Positions 37,355-49,805 of a stretch of 64,000 nucleotides of DNA are shown here, in pieces. The notes under the pieces were generated by a model. That model was not told where the DNA came from. It searched no databases and saw only the letters and a program-made list of their open reading frames with translations. The DNA is taken from contig NC_043000.1 of NCBI RefSeq assembly GCF_006345805.1, positions 101,556,001 through 101,620,000 of the forward strand, given 5' to 3'. How positions within the stretch are numbered: the stretch's first letter is position 1; each line of letters begins with the position of its first letter. This DNA is from Octopus sinensis (taxonomy: Eukaryota). The translations under genes were made by a program, and so were the position numbers.

Positions 37355-37880
37355 TGCTTATTCATCAAGTGGTCTTGGAGAATTGGATTAGCAAAGAAGA
37401 CTTTTATGGATATGAGGAGCATTTTTTGTGCAAAGAAAATTGGAATGGAAGTCGAGAAAAGACTATTGAAGTGCTACATCTGGTCAGTGTTAACATATGG
37501 ATGTAAGTCTTGGATGATACACAAAGTCATGGAGAAGAGAATCAAAGCTGCAGAAATGTGATTTTATGGGAAAATGCTTAGAATCTCGTGGGTACAGAGG
37601 GTGACAAATGTGGAAGTGTTGAAGAAGATGAAAGTGAAGATAGTTGATGGATACTATCAGAGAGCAAGAGACAGTGGGTATTTGTTGGTCATTTTCTCAG
37701 AGAGGATAACAGAATGGAGTTTTATATGGTGGAGACTGAGTTGGTGGAAAAGAATGAAGATGTTTGACCGGATGAAGAAGCAAATGCACATGCAGAGCAA
37801 GAAAGACCTGGGTGATGCTGCAAGAGACAGAAATAAATGGAGGAAGAACAAGCCATGATTAATCAAAGACATGAATATGC
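37355..37880 (+). mobile_element. RTE-clade LINE 3' fragment, decayed
   Basis: RIGLAKKTFMDM...RLLKCYIWSVLTYGCKSW...RIKAAEM*...MLRISWVQRVTNVEVL...AARDRNKWR, the post-RT region of RTE elements. Confidence 0.88.
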
Positions 37881-37888
37881 CATGGCAT

Positions 37889-37935
<47 letters not shown>

Positions 37936-39186
37936 CTTGTTATGGGTCCCACCTGCCTATTTTGCTGCTGCTCACACACTTGTGGCCATCCTACCATCTG
38001 CCAACCAGTAGATGTGCTCATCAGGGGGTGGTCACCCCCACCCAATCTTTACTGGACCTCCTGCATAGCAGGACAAGGGAGTTACATAACAACTCACTTG
38101 TTCCCTTTCCTTAATCTCAGAAACATTGATTGGATTACAGCTGCTGCTTTTCCTCTTTTGACTAAACTATGATAAAGAAATTTAGTACGGAGTTCGAATT
38201 CTTCAGCAGCATTTTAATTACATTATTAAAACCTATGAGAAAGGCATGAAGGTAACTCTGACTCTCCACCTTTGCTCTAAGAAATTTTCAAGCACAAGTT
38301 TGTTTACACAAGATGCCATATTTAGCAAATTTCATTAATTTTCTTTGTTTTACTGATTCTATTTATTATATTTACTTTTCCCCTCTTTATTTTTCTATAT
38401 TTATTTTTAAATATTTGCTTTCTTGGCTTTCTAGTTTGTGTACATTTTTTTTTGTTTGTTTGTTCATTTCTTTTCATTTTTGATCATGAATAAAGAATTT
38501 CAAACAGTAAAAGAAAAGAAAAAAAAGAGCACATAATATAAACATGTCTTGTCATGTTGAATTTGAATTTAATATTCTGACAAAACCATATTATGTAACC
38601 TTCTTGATAGGAAAATCTTGTAATGTACTCGTATGTTTGTTTAAATGTATACTAGCTTGTGTGTGTGTATAAGGAGAGAGTGAGAGGGTAAACGAGTTAA
38701 CCTTTTTTTATTTTTGTTATTCAATAGAATACCATATTCTCATTAGCTTCAAGACTTCAGCATGTCTTAAAAATTGTTGTTTATGTAAATATATTTCAGC
38801 TGCAAGTTAGATTCTTGGTACTTAGATGAAAAAAAAAAGAAAAAAAAAAGAAAGAAAGAAACTTGCTCTTTGTTTATTCTTTGTTACTATTGATGTATTA
38901 CTTTCAGTTAGTTTTCAGAAAAACCATTTCTGAACAGAATTAGTGAACTTAATGTCACTTTTTCCTTTTACAGTTTTTTTGTTTCTTTGTTTATCTTTTG
39001 CATTTCTTTTGTCTCTTAATTAAGTGGTAGACTATTTATGTAGTAACCACTTAAGGGTAGTTATTCATGTTTGGCATAAATAGCCAACCCTGCTCAGCTG
39101 ACACCAACAGACAGTACCCAGTACGGACTGCTGTCTAAGCTTATAGATCTCCACTTTAAAAGAACAGATATCTGTTCTTCATTCTT

Positions 39187-39675
39187 AGCTGTCTCAAGAG
39201 AAAATGGTATTTTGTACCACTGGCCAGTCATGATTTGAGCCCAACAGTAGCATTGAAATGACCTCTCCAGGACACAAACTTAGGTTAGGCACATGGAAAT
39301 CCTGGAAAGCCCAGATATGAAAATCCTTCTCCAAGCCTTGCTAGTCTGGGCCAGAGCTGTACATTTGGTACCAGTTTGCCTACAGATGTTGCTGGATGTC
39401 TGCTAAGTCAAACACCTGACCACCTTAGAGTTTCTACTTTAGGTTTATTTTTTAGCCAGTGGACTCAAGAAGCCAAACTCATTGCCAAATACACTGCTCT
39501 GGGCCAGACCAGTAGAGCTGAAAGGGAGATTTTGACATCTGGACATTCTAGGATTTTCATGTACCCAGCTCTGGAAAGGTTAGTTCAGTGCTACTATGAA
39601 AGCAACTGCATGAATAGATAAGTGTTTCTACTGTTGTGTTTAACTTGCAAAACTACAGTATCACTTGAGACAGCT
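39187..39675. repeat. Ancient imperfect inverted repeat (fold-back), arms about 190-200 bp, loop about 90 nt
   Basis: Core 39288-39380 versus the reverse complement of 39472-39565 aligns at 68/94 by hand; outer blocks AGCTGTCTCAAG (exact 12-mer) and AGTAGCA(T/C)TGAA..(G/A)ACCT(C/T)TCCAG also match. Confidence 0.75.
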
Positions 39676-39849
39676 GGATGCCTAAGAGTCAAGAATGGCA
39701 GACCACTGAACTAAAGAATAGGTATCATACTTGGGTCAACTTTCCCTTTCATCCCTTTGTTCTGACAAGCACCAGTAATATAACACCATATACATATGAA
39801 TATGACACTATAAATATATATATAAGATTCAGTTGGATTATATGATATA

Positions 39850-40675
39850 CGTGGTCTGATCAATAAGTATCCAGACTGTTGCTATAGTAACGAAGCTAAA
39901 ACATACAGAGTGAAGCTGCTTAACACAGATTGACCTTGAATTCTTCTGTGCATGCACATTAAATTTTAATGTTCTAGCTCAGCAGTGCTTGGAAGGAAGA
40001 TGTGTAGCATGTGATCATCACATTGACCATGACAGAGTAAGATGAGCAGAGAATCTGCATCAAATTTTGCCAAAAGCTTGGTGATACCTGCTCAGAGACC
40101 TATGCTAAGTTTTCAAAAAGTTTTCAAAAAGTTTTCATTCTTCTTGACAATCAAGGAGATCATGTGCAACCGAAACGCTGAAAGCAATTTTGGAACAAAT
40201 TTGACAGACACGCATCTCATACCCAAATCTTCAGTGATAATGGATTGAACTGAAACATAACTAATCTGCACATACTCTGATAACTCACAGATGGTGATTC
40301 AATGATTTCCACTCACAGATGTGATATTTTTCTCAGTTCTGCTGGTTGTGAGTCTCTGAGAACGTTCATCAATATCGACATTTTATCAGCCATCTTGGAA
40401 ACGTCTGAACCACTCATATACTTGTGGCAGTTCATACACTCCTCTCCATACCCTTTCTGCAACTTTGCATAGGCCTCTGAGCAGATATCACCATGACAAC
40501 CTTCTCTGTCATGGTCAATGCAACAATCACATGCTACACACCTTCCTTCCAAGCATTGCAGTAAACAGCAACAGTGAGCTGGAAGGTTAAAACTTTGGGT
40601 ACATACACAGCAGAGTTCAAGATCTTTAGCTTCATTACAATGGCAATAATCCAGATACTTGTTGATCAGACCTCG
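39850..40675. mobile_element. Mariner derivative made of two inverted 5' ends
   Basis: TIRs CGTGGTCTGATCAATAAGTATCC and CGAGGTCTGATCAACAAGTATCT; TA on both flanks; both ends read into the transposase start (plus strand: QRICIKFCQKLGDTCSETYAK; minus strand: DICSEAYAKLQK...EDLGMRCVSVKFVPKLL). Confidence 0.85.
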
Positions 40676-41302
40676 TATATACATGTTTGCATATAAACAC
40701 ATCACAAATATTCAGAGACAAATAGACAGAAGCAAAGCGAAGCTGAGTAAGAGGAAATGTATAAGATGCACAAACATCATATAATTTAAACTGTAAACCT
40801 GGTTTAAATTGGATTTGGTACTTACATATCTACAGTATCCTACTAATGCCTATACATGGATATTACACAACATGCACATGCATATAACACTCTATACTCA
40901 TGAATATGACACTATATACATATTTATTCAGTATTTTAATTTCACTCTCCTTCTTAACCGGCACAGTCTGTTCAGACTGCCACTAAAAGTGCATTGGTTA
41001 ATATTAGAATGAACATGGAGATAATAAATATCACCCAGAGCAATTCTGAGAATACCGTCTGAACTATTAAATCAGCAGAAATTCTAAATTTCAAAATGAC
41101 TACAAAAATAATGATTATAACACCGTTACATTGAAGAATCTGTGCTGTAGCAGACACCCTAGATAGATATCTGAGTAAGTCTTTTAATGGCTTGCTTCCG
41201 CCTGTGCATCTTGTGCATTTCCACTTACTCAGTTTCTCTTTAATTCTGTCTATCTGTCTCAAAATGTTTGTAATGTGTATATATATATATATATAATATA
41301 TA

Positions 41303-41353
<51 letters not shown>

Positions 41354-42084
41354 CACACACACACACATATATATATATACACATACACACTCACACCACT
41401 CACACACACACACATATATATATACATATATATATATATATATTTATACATACATGATTATATAGCATTTATTATACTCAGGATTTAAATGTGAGCTACA
41501 GTGTTTCTACACATGCACCCACATATCTACATGCACGCACACACACACACACACACACACATATATACACATAACTGCATACATGCATACAACATCATCA
41601 TCATCATCGTTTAGCGTCCGTTAAAGATGATGATGATGATGATGATGATGTATGCATGTATGCAGTTATGTGTATATATATACATATATATACATACATG
41701 TACATATATAAATGTGTATATATATATATATTTATATATATATACCTGCATATATATATATATATATGTATGTATGTATGTATATTGAGGGAGAGAGAAA
41801 AAGAAAGAGAGGGAGACGTACATATGCATACATACAAACATTTTTGTATGTATGTCTCTATACATGTCTATATATAATGGGTGTGTGTGTGTGTGTGCAT
41901 GTGTATTTTAGTGTCTGTATCTATGTGTGTGCACGTGTAATGTACTCTGCATGGCATTAAAGAATGCATTGAGCCATAATAATCTTTGCTGCAATTTACA
42001 AATGCTCCGGTAGACATACAAACCATTCGATCTGATGTAATCAAGGAAAAAGCAGATATTAGATGAAACGATAATAATAATGTT

Positions 42085-42765
42085 GATGTTGGGAAGGGAA
42101 TAATTATAGTGGTTATGGTGGAGATGATGGCGGTGGTAGTGGTGGTGGTGGTGGTGGTGTGGTGGTGGTGGTGGTGGGAGCCGGAGCAATGGAATAAGTA
42201 CAATGAAGTTCGCGATGGTTATGACGGTGGTGTTGGTGGTGGTGGTGGTGGTGGTGGTGTCAAAAGAGATGATGAGATTTTGGTCAGTGATAGTGATGGT
42301 TGTGGCAGCTATAATGCTAATGATGATGGTTAATGTTGTGATTGATGGTGGTGGTGGTAGTGGTGATGGTGGTGGTAGTAGTGGTGATGGTGGTGATGAT
42401 GATGTAACTCATAGGGATGATGGCGGTGGTGGTGATGGTAATAACAATGACGAAAGTGATTTTAGTGGCGGTAACAGTGATGAGTGCTATGGTCATGATG
42501 GCGGTGGTTGTGGTTGTGGTGGTGGTAATATTAGTGGTGAGGGAGTTATTAGTGGTGGTGGTAGTGGTGGTGGAGGCAATGTTGATGATGATGGTAGTGG
42601 TGGTGGGTATGGTAGTAGTGGCAACAGAGTCAAATAATAATGGTGAGAATGGTTTGAGTGGAACAGGTAACGATGATGGTGGTGACAATGATAATACTGA
42701 TGATGATGATGGTGATGGTGTTGATGATGATCCTGACAGCAATGACAAAAACAATGATGAATGAA
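42085..42765. repeat. (GGT)/(GAT)-rich low-complexity tract
   Basis: Degenerate trinucleotide mosaic. Confidence 0.85.
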
Positions 42766-43334
42766 CAGACTGACTTATTCTAAACCAATTCCTACAAGAG
42801 AAATGTTGTTAACATCTGTAAATGGAAACAAAGCACCATAACATTCACCTCAGCCTCCTACCATGTGCTCCCCCACTAACTTTTTGTTTTGTTTTGTTTT
42901 TGTTTTTTTTTTTATTTACTTGCTTCATCATCTTTATAATTACTAATATTAAGAGAAAAATTTGATTTGTAATTTTTCTTCTATGATTTAAGATGTTTTC
43001 ATTACAGCTGTATGTAAAAATCATAAGGAACACAAAACCATAACAATAACAGCAAAGTTTAAAATGCAGCAGAGGATTAATAATTTTTATTTTTCATTAT
43101 TTTTAATAAATACAAAATTTAAATGAAGCAATTAATCAAATGTTCTTGTATCGTTTTCAAGATAATGGTTAAATTCAATTATGTTGCTGAAATTTAATTA
43201 CATGATATATTGAATGCTTGTCTTTGTGTTTTTTTATTGTGATTGTTATTTCATTGCGTCCTTAGTCTACATGTCCCCACCCTCACCAACTACAACAGAA
43301 CTGATACTTAGCATGAAGATTGATAAAGACTTAC

Positions 43335-43511
43335 CATCAGGATAGGACGTTACTCCATCATGTTCAGCAAATGGTTCTGATACCTGTTTTAAAAGATCTG
43401 GGAGAACCTGAAGTGATGGAGATAAAATATAGCATTCTGATAAGCCTGTGAGGGAACCCCTGTAACCATCATAGCCAACCTGTGGCTCGTGGGACCCTCT
43501 GAATGGTATGC
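43335..43511 (-). CDS. Candidate internal exon (177 nt, phase 1-1), product unknown
   Basis: TTTTTCATTAG acceptor, strong G|GTAAGT donor, open frame GIPFRGSHEPQVGYDGYRGSLTGLSECYILSPSLQVLPDLLKQVSEPFAEHDGVTSYPDG; no recognisable domain; part may overlap a hAT-MITE relic. Confidence 0.3.
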
Positions 43512-43759
43512 CTAATGAAAAATTACCTTGAAGGTTTTTTTTTTAGTTGAACAGTGGCTCATGTTTTATATGGTCCACTTCTTGAGAATTGTTGCCCGTC
43601 CCTGCTCTGTGCAGTTGTTTAATTTACTAGAAATAGTAGCAGTGAAGTGTCCTCCTTTACATCACACACTATCCTCTAAAGCAGATAAAAAACAGATAGG
43701 TCACAATCAGTAATACAGTTTTAGATACACCATCTGCCACTTCCATGAAATGCAGTTAG

Positions 43760-44084
43760 TCATAATTGGTAGTCATTGTTACTAGTCATTGTTGGTAGCC
43801 ATAGTTGCTAGTCATAGTTGCTAACCATAGTTGATAGTCATAGTTGGTACTCATAGTTGGTAGTCATAGTTGCTAGCCATAGTTACTCTTTTTACTCTTT
43901 TACTTGTTTCAGTCATTTGACTGAGGCCATGCAGGAGCACCGCCTTTAGTTGAGCACATTGACCCCAGGACTTATTCTTTGTTAGCCTAGTACTTATTCT
44001 ATCATTCACTTTTGCAGAACTGCTAAGTTACGGGGACGTAAACACACCAGTGTTGGTTGTCAAGCAATGTTGGGAGGACAAACA

Positions 44085-44117
<33 letters not shown>

Positions 44118-44330
44118 TATATATATATATATACATATATATTTCAATTTCTGTCTACCAAATTCACCCACAAGGCTTTGATCAGCCCGAGGCTATAGTA
44201 GAAGACACTTGCCCAAGGTGCCATGCAGTAGGACTGAACCTGGAACCATGTGGTTGGTAAGCAAGCTACTTACCACACAGCCACTCCTACGCCTATAGCT
44301 GGTAGTCATAGTTGGTAGTTATAGTCTTTG
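43760..44330. repeat. 13-bp minisatellite (TAGTCATAGTTGS) split by a SINE B insertion
   Basis: About 9 units at 43760-43885 and about 3 more at 44295-44330. Confidence 0.75.
43886..44294 (-). mobile_element. SINE family B, full length
   Basis: CTCTTTTACTTGTTTCAGTCATTTGACTG...CTTACCACACAGCCACTCCTACGCCT. Confidence 0.9.
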
Positions 44331-45621
44331 GTCGCAGGTTTCATTCATTTAGAGCAACTCACGGCTAAATAATAACTAGCAGTCTATTGAGAAACACATT
44401 GATATTCTAATAGTGTATTTGAACTCATAAACTCTATGTAAGGAATTTAGTATTTGATTCGCTTTGTCACTTTACTTCTACATATGAAACCTGTGGGCAC
44501 AGCCATTTTGGCATTGCTGATTTCATGCAGATTAATTTGACATATATTTTAATGTTCTACTTGTTTTAATGTTTCTCTCATTCTCTGCCCTCCCACATTC
44601 CTCCCCTCTCTCTCACTCTCTCTCTCTCTCTCTCTGTATATGTTTATTTCTGCAAACATGTGCATCAGAAAATATTGTAGCTCTAACAACCTCTATATCT
44701 AGCCAGCCAGCCATGCCAAGCCAACAGCATTGTACTAGTGACATCCAATCCTGTCATTCCATAAATTGAATGAGATAATTTCTTCTTACCCGTTACTTTG
44801 CGTCTTTGTTATTGATGTTGTTATAGTTGTTATTCTTGTTTAACCCCAGGCTGGCTCTAATCGAGTAGACCTATCATCAAGTACATCCCTCTGTCTTGTT
44901 TTCCAAGTTGCTGTATCATTCAAAATGGCATATAATACATCCTTCTTTGTGTTTTTCTCTTTAAACTATTCTGTCCTTTTAAGAGTTTCTAGAAACAAAT
45001 TATCCAGTGCATCCTTCTATTTTTTTAAGATGGTAGGGTGTAATTTAAGGAGGATTTAGCTGCTATTTCTTGTATTTTGTTTTTGTTGCCACTGAGATTC
45101 ATGGATGGAAAGAAGTTAGTTACCCTCAGACTGGAGGCCAATCCATCTCAAATGTCTGCAACAGCATGAATTGCTAAAGGTGTTCAAGAAATAGGTGGAG
45201 GGATTAAACTGGGTGACATACAAAGTTTAAGACCAACAATGGATCTTCTGACTAGTCTCTGTACAGTTCCACTTACCAAATTCCATTCACAAAACTTTGG
45301 TCAACACAGATGAAAGTATCACCTCAAGAGCTGCATATTGAAATCGTTTACAGTAATTCATATAAAAGATTCTGTTACTATTGAAAACATTGTAAAATTC
45401 TGAATTTATTTTATGATGTGAAGGCTGAAAGCATGTGTGCTAAGAGTTAAGATGTTAAGCTTGCAATCATAAAATCATGGGTTCAGTTCCTTGATCTGGA
45501 AATGCATTGTAACCTTGAGCAAGGTACTTCATTTCACTTTGTTCTAGTCTATTCTGCTGAAAAAGAATACCACCCCCTGTACTGGTGCTGCTAAGTCTTT
45601 TTCCAGCTTTACATTCTCTAT

Positions 45622-46010
45622 CTCTTTTACTCTTTTACTTGTTTCAGTCATTTGACTGCAGCCATGCTGGAGCACCGCCTTTAGTCGAGCAAATCGACCC
45701 CAGGACTTTGTAAGCCTAGTACTTATTCTATCGGTCTCTTTTGCCAAACCACTAAGTTACGGGGACGTAAACACACCAGCATCGGTTGTTAAGCGATGTT
45801 GGAGGGACAAACACAGGCACACAAACACACACATATATATATATACATATATACGACGGGCTTCTTTCAGTTTCTGTCTACCAAATCCACTCATAAGGCT
45901 TTGGTCGGCCCAAGGCTATAGTAGAAGACACTTGCCCAAGGTGTCACGCAGTGGGATTGAACCCGGAACCATGTGGTGGGTAAGCAAGCTACTTACCACA
46001 CAGCCACTCC
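45622..46010 (-). mobile_element. SINE family B, full length
   Basis: Same motifs as 43886-44294. Confidence 0.9.
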
Positions 46011-47054
46011 TTCATGTTTTTTCTGGATCAAGGGTTAGGAAGGCCAAGGGGATGTTATTGTTTTCTTCTTATTACAGAGGCACATAAAACAATTAGAAAA
46101 ATCATGGTACATGCCACCTAGTCGTACATGCTTCTTATGAGTAATGGTTAGGGTTTCTATATAATACTTTTTCACTCTGATATTCTGTTTGCTCTTCAGG
46201 GAAGAGGATTGACCAAATCGTTAGAGTGTCGGAAAAAATGCTTTGTGCTATTTATTACAGTCTTCTACTTTTGGGGTTCAAATCTTGCTGAGATCAGTTA
46301 TGTCTATCATCTCTCTGAAATTGATTAAATATAGTAGAAATCTAGTCAGTGTGGTTGATGAATTCATTTAACTTACCCCTCTCAAAATTTCTAGTCATCT
46401 GTTTAAATTAGAAACCTTATTTTGTTTGCTTTAAATTGCTGAGTCATTTGCTGTGATAACATAACATTAGAATAAAGATATATTGAAACAAATGAGAGAC
46501 CCTCTATGCTGTTGCTTGACCTGGTAGAAATAGCAACCGAATCTCCCTCAAAACACATTCTACTGTCTTAAAAAGTGAAAACAACGGCACTTACTTCTAG
46601 ACATTTCCATCTATCTGATTCCATGCTCAAACTGTTGGTCACCACAAGGCTTTAGTAAAAGTCATTTTTGTAATGTGCAACACAACAGGCTTGAACCCAA
46701 CACCGTGTAGTTGTGAAACAAACTCCCTAACCACACAGCTATGCATGTACATATACCTTACACCACAATCATTTAGTTTCCTAGAGTTTTAGACATAAGC
46801 AAAGCCTACAAATTTTGATCCATGAATAACATGGTGCTATGAATGACTAAAAGAGGTGGAAGACATTTCAGGGTGCTGTTTGTGGTTCTTTTATTCCTAT
46901 TCTATTAGTTTCTGAATCTGTTCTACAGCTGATATTTTTGTTCCAATGTAAGTGATTTATTGGTTTGGTTTTGGTGAACAATGCTATCATATGTTTAAAT
47001 AAAATTCCTAGCTGTCAGCAAAGATTATGCTGTTAATTCTAACAACAAAAGAAT

Positions 47055-47095
<41 letters not shown>

Positions 47096-47231
47096 AAAGA
47101 GAGAGAGTGTGTATGTGTTTGCTTTTTGCACATACTAACATAAGAAATAAAGACCTCTGTACATATAATAAATTTTTAATGAATTAAGAATAGAGGAGTG
47201 AAATATTGAGGTTGAATAAATTTACACATAT

Positions 47232-47269
<38 letters not shown>

Positions 47270-47274
47270 CTTAG

Positions 47275-47305
<31 letters not shown>

Positions 47306-47880
47306 TTAGAAAGTCCAGGCATGTATTATGCCAGCAATCCATACAAGATCCTGGTTAATACAATGCATAGGTAAGGAAATCAGCAAAAGAAGTATTCCAT
47401 TAATCCAAATACCATTCCATACAATACAAGCTGTAAAGTTCTGGGAGAAACACCAATTATGAGCTTTGGTACTTTTGTCTTAGATTATAAAAATAAACAA
47501 AGAAATGAAGAAGATGGTATAACAGATTTTTAAATTAGTGCGTATTGTCAGTAATCGGAATAATTTTTTCACGTCAATCAACATGTATAAATTATGTAAA
47601 TCTATACAATATTGAACGAAAGTTCTACAAATCATTGCTTGAAATTAATTAACAAAGGTGATGCTGAACTAGATACTGGCTTCCATGGCAGAAATTAATC
47701 TATTAAATATAATGCAATCTTCAGGTGAGAACTGGAAGATACTGATGTGAAACTCAAGTTGTGACAGAAACAATCAGTTTCAATAAAATATCATATCCCC
47801 TGCAACTTGTATGGAGCACATTAAAAAAAGCATGGTACATGCCACCAGGTCATACATGCTTATGAGTAATAATTATATAT

Positions 47881-47917
<37 letters not shown>

Positions 47918-48129
47918 GCAGTGTCAGTGTACACACACACATTCTCTCTCCCTCGCTCTCTCACACATACAAACATACATACATACGTATATATATATAT
48001 ATATATATACATGCATGCATACAGTCATACATAATCGTATGAAGAGATGATAGAGGACCAAGATATGTGATGCATTGCTGTACTTGTGAAGACCTAACCA
48101 CCACAACAGAACTGAGATCCTAAAACTAA

Positions 48130-48362
48130 GATGCCATGTAGAAAACACTGGTATGGGTGCTAGTGCTGGTGCCATGTAAAAAGTACTCAGTACACTCTAC
48201 TCTGTAGAGTGGTTGGCATAAGGAAGGGCATCCAGCCTTAGAAGCCAAGATAGAACAGATCATAGAACCTGGTGCAGTCTCTGCACTTGCCATAACCTGT
48301 CAAACCATCTAACCCATGCCTACATGGAAAACAGACATTAAGCACTGATGATGATGATGATA
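48130..48362 (+). mobile_element. SINE family C, partial
   Basis: GAGTGGTTGGCATAAGGAAGGGCATCCAGCC...AACCCATGCCTACATGGAAAACAGACATTAA...GATGATGAT. Confidence 0.7.
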
Positions 48363-48529
48363 CATATATTTGTATATACATCATATTATTTTTACAAAGA
48401 AATCACTGACAAGGACTTCAAAGTTACTGTCAATGTCTCATTTTTTAAAGAATAAAACATATTTGGTACGCTACATAGAGGTATTCGGTGATCCTTTACT
48501 TAATGTGAAGCCATTTTAATATATAAGTA

Positions 48530-48734
48530 TATACTCTTTTACTTGTTTCAGTCATTTGACTGCGGCCATGCTGGAGCACTGTCTTTAGTTGAGCAAATCG
48601 ACCCCAGGACTTATTCTTTGTAAGCCCAGTTCTTATTCTATCAGTCTCTTTTGCTGAACCGCTAAGTGACGGGGACGTAAACACACCAGCATCGGTTGTC
48701 AAGCAATGCTAGAGGGACAAACACAGACACACAA

Positions 48735-48786
<52 letters not shown>

Positions 48787-48940
48787 GTACGACAGGCATC
48801 TTTCAGTTTCCGCCTACCAAATCCACTCACAAGGCATTGGTTGGCCCGGGGCTATAGCAGAAGACACTTGCCCAAGATGCCATGCAGTGGGACTGAACCC
48901 AGAACCATGTGGTTGGTTAGCAAGCTACTTACCACACAGT
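48530..48940 (-). mobile_element. SINE family B, full length
   Basis: Same motifs as 43886-44294. Confidence 0.9.
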
Positions 48941-49340
48941 CACAAAACAAACATTAATACACACACACACACATATAGAATTAATACATGTATTAAATCA
49001 CATATTAAATATATTTATATGGAACATAATAGTGATCTCAATACAAGAAATTGAGAATAAGTAATTCATTATTACAAGAAATAAATAATAGATTATCCCG
49101 CATCAACTTAGTTTCACTTTCATGGAGCCTTCTGCATGAAGAAATCAATAATTGAAGCTGGACAGTAAAATTATGCGCTATTTAAAATTTCCAAAAATTT
49201 TCCGGTTGTTGGAGATACAATATAACAAAAATTCCAGTATATTTTGGGAGTATAAGTTCTTGTTGTTGTCATTACGGAAAGTGTTGCTAAGAGAAACACA
49301 ATCACATATATTCTTAGAATAATGTTGTGAATACATGAAT

Positions 49341-49423
49341 GACATTAAGCCAACTCACAATTAATGTAAATATTCATTTGAAAAATGTGTGCACATGTGT
49401 GAGCACATGCATGTATATGTATG

Positions 49424-49454
<31 letters not shown>

Positions 49455-49750
49455 TTGTGTACGCGTCTGTGTAAGTACATGTATGCATATGTGTATTATT
49501 ATGTGTGAATGCTTTTTAATATGATATATATATATATATCATGTGAGTTGACATTAAGCCAACTCACAATTAATGTAAATATGCATTTGAAAAATGTGTA
49601 CACATGTATGAGCACATGCATGTATACGTATACATGTATATATGTATATATATATGTGTGTGTTTGTGTATGCATCTGTGTATGTACATGTATGCATATG
49701 TATATCTATATGTATGTATTATGTGTGAATGCTTTTTAATATGATATATA
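49341..49750 (+). repeat. About 209-bp tandem duplication
   Basis: GACATTAAGCCAACTCACAATTAATGTAAATA at 49341 and 49550; both copies end GAATGCTTTTTAATATGATATATA. Confidence 0.9.
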
Positions 49751-49754
49751 TGCA

Positions 49755-49805
<51 letters not shown>

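Noticed and set aside
37318-37360. CTGATGA followed by a hairpin, as another hammerhead
   Set aside because: No GAAA after the stem, so the core is incomplete.
40313-40705. 130-aa Cys-rich ORF
   Set aside because: It reads through the TIR and leader of a decayed mariner and shifts across transposase frames.
40970-41265. Plus-strand frame broken only by TGA, suggesting a mitochondrial insertion (numt)
   Set aside because: No resemblance to any mitochondrial protein I recognise; it is the antisense shadow of the minus-strand open frame.
42109-42764. Gly/Asp-rich or mucin-like ORFs on both strands
   Set aside because: Low-complexity GGT/GAT mosaic, open in several frames, with no splice or domain evidence.
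44370-44385. ACTAGCAGT, a possible further Helitron 3' end
   Set aside because: No hairpin or matching 5' TC-TATA end was found.
47300-47490. Hydrophobic 57-aa minus-strand frame (…IVWNGIWINGILLLLISLP…)
   Set aside because: Short, no start or good splice sites, and compatible with chance in T-rich DNA.
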